A DNA stretch of 59,131 nucleotides from Candidatus Dormiibacterota bacterium (GTDB taxonomy: Bacteria; Chloroflexota; Dormibacteria; Aeolococcales; Aeolococcaceae): assembly GCA_049279755.1 (NCBI GenBank), contig JBAPOS010000008.1:1-59131 (forward strand). The letters are read 5' to 3'. Both the position numbers and the translations under genes were made by a program. Each line of letters opens with the position of its first letter. Position 1 is the stretch's first letter. Below the pieces are notes generated by a model. It made no database searches. It saw nothing but the letters and a program-made list of their open reading frames with translations, and was not told the origin of the DNA. Positions 54,082 to 59,131 of this stretch are shown here, piece by piece.

Positions 54082-57000
54082 GTGGACGCAACGCCGATTG
54101 CGAAGATCCTGCCTCGGAGCCCGACCGACGGTCTGATCGCGCGCCACGCGCTCGAGCAGCTCGCCACGACGGCGCGCAGCCGCCGCCTCACGGTGGTCGT
54201 TGCCGAAGCCGGGTTCGGCAAATCGACGCTGCTCGCGTCGTGGTGGGAACACACTCCGTGTGCCTGGTACACGGCAGACCAACACGACCTTGACCTGCCC
54301 ACGTTGGGCCGCCAGCTGAGCGACGCGTTGCGCCTGCGGGTGCCGGACATCCCCAGCGACGTGAGCTGGCTTGCCGAGAGTGCTGGAGGCCCTGAGCTCG
54401 AGCAGTTCCTTCGCGCCGACGCACTTGCCGCGCAGCTCGCGGAGATCCTGCACGCGGAACTCACATCGGATCTCATCCTCGTGATCGACGACGCGCACGA
54501 GCTCACTCCCTCGAGCCCGTCGGCGCGGCTTGTCGAAGCGCTGTGCCGCCATGCGCCTCCGCGACTTCACCTTGTCATCTCGGGACGGCGACAGCCGCCG
54601 TTTCAGATCGAGCGGCTTCGCGGACAGGGACAGCTGCTCGAGATCGACGGCAATCAACTCGCGTTCACCGTCTCAGAGGTGGGGGAGCTGGTTGAGCGTC
54701 AGCTCGGCTCACCGGCCGAGGAGCTGGCGGCGGAGATTCATCGCACCGCCGGAGGATGGCCCGCCGCCGTGACCCTCGCCATCGAGGCGCTGAAGTCATC
54801 ACCGCCCGAGACTTGGAGCAAGGTCTTCGCAGGCTTCGACAAGCCGAACACCCCGCTGTTCTCCTATCTGGCTGAAGAGGTGTTCGCCCGCCATCCCGAG
54901 CCGGTTCGGGACCTGGTCAGCAAGCTCGCGATCTTCGAGCGGTTCACGCCCGAGCTGTGCGAGGCAATCGGCATCGCCGGGTCGCGATCGATGCTCGTCG
55001 AGCTGTCGCGCCAGGGACTCTTCGTCGAGCGTGGACAGGACGGTTCCCTCGCGCTGCGACCCTTGATCCGCGATTACGCGCTCGATTCGCTCCCGGTCGC
55101 CGACGCGGTCGCGCAGGATCTCCGGGTGGCGGCCGGTGCCTGGCTCGACTCCAACGGCGATTCCGCCGGCGCGATCCAGGTGCTGCTCCCGGCGAGCACG
55201 TCCGACCAGCTGGCCAGGGTGGTCGCGAAACAGGGCGCGAGGCTGCTCGCGGCCGGTCAGATCGCCACTGTGCTGCGCGCATGTCGAGCCATCCCGCCGG
55301 GCTTGCGGTCGACCGAGATCGAGCAACTCGACGGCGAGGCGCAGCAGATCCAGGGCGACTGGAGCGAGGCGCTGGCCTGCTTCGAGCGGGCCGCCGCGGG
55401 CCGTGACTCGCTCCCCGCCCACCTCGCGTGGCGGATCGGGCTGATCCACTACCTGCGCGGCGAGCACGAAGAAGCGCTCGCCGTCTACCAGCGGGGCATC
55501 GACGACCACGCGGCGGATCCGATGGAGATGGCGCTTCTCCTCGCGTGGACATCGACCGCACACTGGATCCGCGGCGACGTCGAGCCGTGCCGAGAGCTGG
55601 CGGGTCGGGCCCTTGCCGCGGCGAACGCGTGCGGCGACCACCGGGCGCTCGCCGCCGCGCACACAGTCATGGCGATGCTGGCGGCTCTCGACGGAGACCG
55701 ACGCGGCAATGACGCGCACTACCTTCTTGCGTTGCGAGCGGCAGAAGAGGCATCGGACGTGCTCCAGGTCGTTCGCATCCGGACCAATCGAGGCTCGCAC
55801 TTCCTCGAGGAGGGTTCGTACGCCGAGGCTCTCCAGGAGCTCGACGTGGCGGTTCGCCTCGCGGAGCTGACGTCCTTTGCGAGCTTCCTGGCGCTCAGCC
55901 TGAGCAATCGGGGGGAAACCAAGCTGCGGATGGGCCGCATCGACGACGCCCTGACCGACCTCGAGGCCTCGCGGCTGCGCTACCTCCAGATCGGCTCAGA
56001 CATGCTTGCGTATCCCTTGACGCTGATCGGCGAGGTGCACAGCGAACGCGGCAACCTCGCCCAGGCGCGCGTCATGCTGGAGGAAGGCGTCGAGATCGCG
56101 GAGAAGTCGGGCGATGTTCAGGGACTGGTGCCTGCGCTTGCATACCTCGCCATGGTCGTGGCAGGCGAGGACCCCGACCGGGCGAGGGCCCTCGCCGACC
56201 GGGCGGTTTCGTACGGCACCGGCATGGCCTACGTCATCGCACTCCTGGCTGCCGGCTGGGTTGCCGCGGCGGCCGGCGAGGTCGCCCGGGCACGTGAGCT
56301 TGCCGCGGATGCCGAGGTGGTGGCCCGTGGCCGCCACGACAGACCGGGGCTCGCGGAGGCGCTGGCGCTCGCGGGCGTGACCGCCGAGGATCAAAGGGTC
56401 ACCCACCGGCGTCTCGCCGAGGCCCGCGCCATCTGGCAGGAGGTCGGAAATCCGCTTGGGGAGGCGAAGGTGGATCTTGTCCTTGCGTCGATCGACACAG
56501 GGGCTGGGTCGGCGGCGGTGCGCCGGAAGGCCGAGCTGCAACTCGAGGCTCTCGGGGTGCGCGCGCATCAGAGCGGCAACGTGGCTGCGGGTCTCCTGAC
56601 CTTCCTGAGCCCGCGTGACCGCGTGGCGCTGAGAATCCAGTCGCTCGGCGGCTTCTCGGTGTTTCGCGACGGTGACCTTGTCCGGGTCTCCGAGTGGCAG
56701 TCGAAGCGTGCCCGGGAACTGCTCAAACTGCTCATCGCTCGGCGCGGCCGGCCGGCGCCTCGCGGCTATCTCATGGAGACACTCTGGCCCGGCGAGGACC
56801 CGGATCGCGTGGCGAACCGCCTGTCGGTGGCCCTGACCACGGTGCGCGGCGTGCTCGATCCGCAACGCCGCTTCTCGCCCGAGCAATTCGTTCTCGCGGA
56901 CAAGGACGCCGTCGCACTGAATCTGGATGCGCTCGACGTCGATGTCGAGCGGTTTCTCGCCGCGACGGCCGACGGGGTCGACCGTCTGCGTCGTGGGGAC

Positions 57001-57369
57001 GTCGCGCGCGGCCTGCCGATCCTCAGCACCGCGACTGTCCTCTACACGGGCGACTTCCTCGAAGAGAATCCCTACGACGACTGGGCGGTCGCCCTCCGTG
57101 AAGAGGCTCGCGCCGCATACGTGTCGGCGTTGCGCCTGCTGGCCCGCCACGCCGGCGACCCCGACGCAGCCGTGACCCATCTGCTGCGCATCCTCGAGAC
57201 GGACCGCTACGACGAGCAGGCGCATCTCAGCCTCGTGCACGGGCTGGCCGAATCCGGCAGGCACGGCGAGGCCCATCGGCACTATCTGAACTACCGGCGG
57301 GCCATGGACGACCTCGGGGTCGAACCCGCTCCGTTTCCCGGCAGGGCGGTCGCAATCAATCCTCGCTGA
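54082..57369 (+). CDS. Large STAND-type regulator: N-terminal MalT-like P-loop NTPase, TPR/helical repeats, C-terminal SARP module (wHTH plus BTAD)
   Basis: Walker A VVAEAGFGKSTLL, Walker B LILVIDDAHEL. From aa ~850 (nt 56629): LRIQSLGGFSVFRDG...WQSKRARELLKLLI...YLMETLWPGE (OmpR-like wHTH). BTAD follows: YTGDFLEENPYDDWAVALREE...DEQAHLSLVHGLAESGRHGEAHRHYLNYRRAMDDLGVEP. Confidence 0.85.
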   Translation: MDATPIAKILPRSPTDGLIARHALEQLATTARSRRLTVVVAEAGFGKSTLLASWWEHTPCAWYTADQHDLDLPTLGRQLSDALRLRVPDIPSDVSWLAESAGGPELEQFLRADALAAQLAEILHAELTSDLILVIDDAHELTPSSPSARLVEALCRHAPPRLHLVISGRRQPPFQIERLRGQGQLLEIDGNQLAFTVSEVGELVERQLGSPAEELAAEIHRTAGGWPAAVTLAIEALKSSPPETWSKVFAGFDKPNTPLFSYLAEEVFARHPEPVRDLVSKLAIFERFTPELCEAIGIAGSRSMLVELSRQGLFVERGQDGSLALRPLIRDYALDSLPVADAVAQDLRVAAGAWLDSNGDSAGAIQVLLPASTSDQLARVVAKQGARLLAAGQIATVLRACRAIPPGLRSTEIEQLDGEAQQIQGDWSEALACFERAAAGRDSLPAHLAWRIGLIHYLRGEHEEALAVYQRGIDDHAADPMEMALLLAWTSTAHWIRGDVEPCRELAGRALAAANACGDHRALAAAHTVMAMLAALDGDRRGNDAHYLLALRAAEEASDVLQVVRIRTNRGSHFLEEGSYAEALQELDVAVRLAELTSFASFLALSLSNRGETKLRMGRIDDALTDLEASRLRYLQIGSDMLAYPLTLIGEVHSERGNLAQARVMLEEGVEIAEKSGDVQGLVPALAYLAMVVAGEDPDRARALADRAVSYGTGMAYVIALLAAGWVAAAAGEVARARELAADAEVVARGRHDRPGLAEALALAGVTAEDQRVTHRRLAEARAIWQEVGNPLGEAKVDLVLASIDTGAGSAAVRRKAELQLEALGVRAHQSGNVAAGLLTFLSPRDRVALRIQSLGGFSVFRDGDLVRVSEWQSKRARELLKLLIARRGRPAPRGYLMETLWPGEDPDRVANRLSVALTTVRGVLDPQRRFSPEQFVLADKDAVALNLDALDVDVERFLAATADGVDRLRRGDVARGLPILSTATVLYTGDFLEENPYDDWAVALREEARAAYVSALRLLARHAGDPDAAVTHLLRILETDRYDEQAHLSLVHGLAESGRHGEAHRHYLNYRRAMDDLGVEPAPFPGRAVAINPR

Positions 57370-57385
57370 CCCTGCACCATTGGTC

Positions 57386-57427
57386 GCCGTGCCGGGTGCG
57401 AACGGGACCTCGGATCTGCGGCTTTTT
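57386..57427 (+). terminator. Candidate intrinsic terminator after the STAND-SARP gene
   Basis: Composite stem (GCCG/CGGC outer, CCGGGT/ACC(T)CGG inner) followed directly by TTTTT (57423-57427). Confidence 0.35.
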
Positions 57428-57481
57428 CGTTCAGAGGTATAGACTGCCCCGCGATCCTGGCAACTCCCGGAGGGGCTTCGA

Positions 57482-58579
57482 ATGGGACTGACGATCCTGC
57501 TGATCGGAACGCGCAAGGGTTTGATGATCGCCCGGAGCACCGACGATCGTCGTACCTGGGCGACCGACGATTTCCAGTTCCTCAACCAGGAGGTCTACGG
57601 CGTGGCAATCGACACGCGCCAGGACCCGCCACGGATTTTCGCCGGCGTCGGGACCGGCCATTGGGGTCCGTTGCTGACGTACTCGGACGATCTCGGCAGG
57701 TCGTGGACCGAGCCGGCCGAGCCGCCGATCGGCTTTCCGGAGGGGAGCGACGCGGCGGTCGCCCGCGTCTGGCAGATTCAGCCTGCCCCCGCCGATCAGC
57801 CAGGCGTCGTATACGCCGGCGTCGAGCCGCACGCCCTTTTCAGATCTGATGATCGCGGTGAGAGCTTCACCCTGGTCGAGGGCCTCTGGCGGCATCCGCA
57901 CCGACCGAGCTGGATGCCCGGCGGTGGCGGCGCCTGCCTCCACACGGTCCTGCCCCACCCGACCGACCCCGACGATGTGATTGTCGTGATGTCGGCCGCC
58001 GGCGTCTACCGCACCAGTGACGGCGGCGCGAGCTGGACGCCCGCAAACCGCGGTATCCAATCGGCGTTCATGCCCGAGGATCAGCGGTTTCCGGAATTCG
58101 GACAGTGCGTCCACAAGGTGGCGTTCCATCCCGATCGCCCCGAGCGGCTCTTCGCCCAGAACCACTTCGGCGTCTATCGCAGTGAGGACCGCGGCACCTC
58201 GTGGACAGCCATCGAGTCAGGGCTGCCGAGCAACTTCGGATTCGCCCTCGTCGCGCACCCGCACCGACCGGACACCCTCTACTCGTTTCCGCTTCAGGCA
58301 GACGCCGAGCGGTTCCCACCGGAGGCGAAGCTGAGGGTGTACCGAACCGAAAACGCGGGCGACAGCTGGGAGCCGCTGTCGGAAGGCCTGCCCAAGGACC
58401 CCTACTATGGCGCCGTCCTTCGTGACGCGATGGTCGCCGACTCCGGCAACCCCGCGGGCGTCTACTTCGGCACCAGGCTTGGAGAGGTTTACGCGAGCCG
58501 TGAGGAGGGGGAGAACTGGTCGCTGATCGCCGGCCATATTCCAGACGTTCTCTCCCTGCGGGTTGCCGAGGTCGCGTGA
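57482..58579 (+). CDS. BNR/Asp-box repeat beta-propeller protein (sialidase-fold / Ycf48-like), no signal peptide
   Basis: Six Asp-box-like motifs: SDDLGRSW, SDDRGESF, TSDGGASW, SEDRGTSW, TENAGDSW, SREEGENW. SD GGAGGGG lies 6 nt upstream of the ATG. Confidence 0.8.
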   Translation: MGLTILLIGTRKGLMIARSTDDRRTWATDDFQFLNQEVYGVAIDTRQDPPRIFAGVGTGHWGPLLTYSDDLGRSWTEPAEPPIGFPEGSDAAVARVWQIQPAPADQPGVVYAGVEPHALFRSDDRGESFTLVEGLWRHPHRPSWMPGGGGACLHTVLPHPTDPDDVIVVMSAAGVYRTSDGGASWTPANRGIQSAFMPEDQRFPEFGQCVHKVAFHPDRPERLFAQNHFGVYRSEDRGTSWTAIESGLPSNFGFALVAHPHRPDTLYSFPLQADAERFPPEAKLRVYRTENAGDSWEPLSEGLPKDPYYGAVLRDAMVADSGNPAGVYFGTRLGEVYASREEGENWSLIAGHIPDVLSLRVAEVA

Positions 58580-58860
58580 CCTCGCGGCTGCTCCTGCCCG
58601 CCGCGCTCCGGCGTTACGCCGATGACCAGGCCGAGGTAGACATCCCCAGCGGCACCCTGGGCGTTGCCCTCGATGACCTCTCCACCCGGCTACCCCAGCT
58701 GGAGCGCCGGTTGCGCGACGAGCAGGGCCACCTACGACCTCATATCCTCATGTTCGTCGACGGCGTGAGCGTGCGAGGTGGTGCGCCCATGGACACGCCG
58801 CTGCTCGACGGGGCCGAGGTCTTCGTCGCCCCGGCCGTGTCAGGTGGGAGCGGCGACTGA
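58576..58860 (+). CDS. MoaD/ThiS-family ubiquitin-like protein with the GG motif followed by a 3-residue tail
   Basis: 94 aa with a beta-grasp-like pattern (…ILMFVDGVSV…LLDGAEVFVAPAVSGG-SGD*). GTGA start/stop overlap with the BNR gene. Confidence 0.7.
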   Translation: MTSRLLLPAALRRYADDQAEVDIPSGTLGVALDDLSTRLPQLERRLRDEQGHLRPHILMFVDGVSVRGGAPMDTPLLDGAEVFVAPAVSGGSGD

Positions 58861-58892
58861 GTCACCCCTTGTCCCGGCGCCACGCGTGGTGT

Positions 58893-58911
58893 GGGGTGGG
58901 GAGGGGATGGG
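58893..58911 (+). other. G-quadruplex-forming motif GGGGTGGGGAGGGGATGGG
   Basis: Four G-runs of at least 3 with 1-2-nt loops, 33 nt downstream of the + strand MoaD-like stop. Confidence 0.6.
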
Positions 58912-59003
58912 CGGAGCCGGGCCATCTCGCAGCCGAGGCTACCCCCCTCGGCGAGAGTGAGGGGCGGGACGGCAAAGCCGTTCCGACCCCGTGCCCGGCG
59001 CAG

Positions 59004-59022
59004 CCCATCCCCTCCCCACCCC
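59004..59022 (-). other. Mirror G-quadruplex motif on the minus strand (C-runs on the + strand)
   Basis: CCCATCCCCTCCCCACCCC on the + strand is GGGGTGGGGAGGGGATGGG on the minus strand, 31 nt downstream of the minus-strand copy's stop. Confidence 0.6.
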
Positions 59023-59052
59023 ACGCGTGGCGCCGAGACAAGCAGTACTGAG

Positions 59053-59131
59053 TCAGTCGCCGCTCCCACCTGACACGGCCGGGGCGACGAAGACCTCGGC
59101 CCCGTCGAGCAGCGGCGTGTCCATGGGCGCA
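59053..59131 (-). CDS. 3' end of a second, convergent MoaD/ThiS-like gene copy (truncated by the window edge)
   Basis: Encodes ...APMDTPLLDGAEVFVAPAVSGGSGD* on the minus strand, nucleotide-identical to the end of the 58576-58860 gene. Confidence 0.7.
   Translation of the reverse strand, partial: APMDTPLLDGAEVFVAPAVSGGSGD

Larger units (their letters stand above)
58782..59131. repeat. Large inverted repeat: 79-bp perfect arms (58782-58860 and 59053-59131, right arm cut by the window edge) around a 192-bp partly palindromic spacer
   Basis: Base-by-base comparison shows that the reverse complement of 59053-59131 equals 58782-58860 exactly. The spacer halves are related but diverged (1 mismatch, a 5-nt indel, and unrelated segments). 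Confidence 0.95.

Noticed and set aside
54799-57585. Two long minus-strand ORFs (54799-55800, 333 aa; 55996-57585, 529 aa)
   Set aside because: Antisense to the STAND-SARP regulator gene. Low-complexity R/G/A/P composition and no motifs.
58740-59073. Four 60-109-aa ORFs inside the spacer of the inverted repeat (58778-58960+, 58869-59051+, 58891-59073+, 58740-59069-)
   Set aside because: They are G/P/R/W-rich translations of the G-run/C-run palindrome. Their mirror-image occurrence on both strands is a consequence of the repeat symmetry, not evidence of coding.

Overview
High-GC, gene-dense chromosomal segment with about 55 protein-coding genes on both strands. Gene content looks actinobacterium-like: a mycothiol-dependent-enzyme/DinB-family protein, a SARP/BTAD regulator, DUF6458- and DUF6510-type small proteins, and several probable leaderless starts. 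By eye I found no rRNA, tRNA, CRISPR array, transposase, integrase or phage genes, so this reads as core or metabolic chromosome rather than a mobile island.

Gene order:
- Truncated GH13-like gene tail.
- paaABCDE, preceded by a PaaR-type operator.
- A convergent 10-gene minus-strand operon: paaI, paaK, MaoC hotdog, two crotonases, 2-oxoacid dehydrogenase E1alpha/E1beta/E2, class IV aminotransferase.
- DinB-like protein, membrane-anchored Kelch propeller, membrane protein and a small helical protein.
- Divergent receiver-less wHTH regulator, phosphoketolase and acetate kinase.
- Small membrane proteins.
- GH8 hydrolase plus processive GT2 synthase.
- YjbR, gltD and gltB.
- DAHP synthase fused to chorismate mutase.
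- Acyl-CoA ligase, acidic protein and FtsH.
- Two c-di-GMP enzymes.
- Metallopeptidase and a DrrAB-like ABC exporter.
- 987-aa secreted propeller/IPT/triple-repeat protein.
- AKR / PNK-like kinase / degenerate-HAD fusion.
- zf-UBP plus DUF5996.
- MFS transporter.
- DUF6510, FNR-like reductase and SUOX-like molybdoenzyme.
- cspA.
- UPF0104 membrane protein.
- STAND-TPR-SARP regulator.
- BNR propeller plus a MoaD/ThiS-like protein.

The window ends inside a perfect inverted copy of the 3' end of the MoaD-like gene.

Most interesting candidates:
1. The Paa genes fused in one operon with a 2-oxoacid dehydrogenase complex and an aminotransferase.
2. The overlapping Moco / FNR-like / Cys4 trio.
3. 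The BNR + ubiquitin-like module with its inverted duplication and mirrored G-quadruplex motifs.
4. The AKR / kinase / pseudo-HAD fusion.
5. A small protein paralogous to the N-domain of its divergent regulator.

All family calls rest on motif recognition by eye. No database search or statistics were run.
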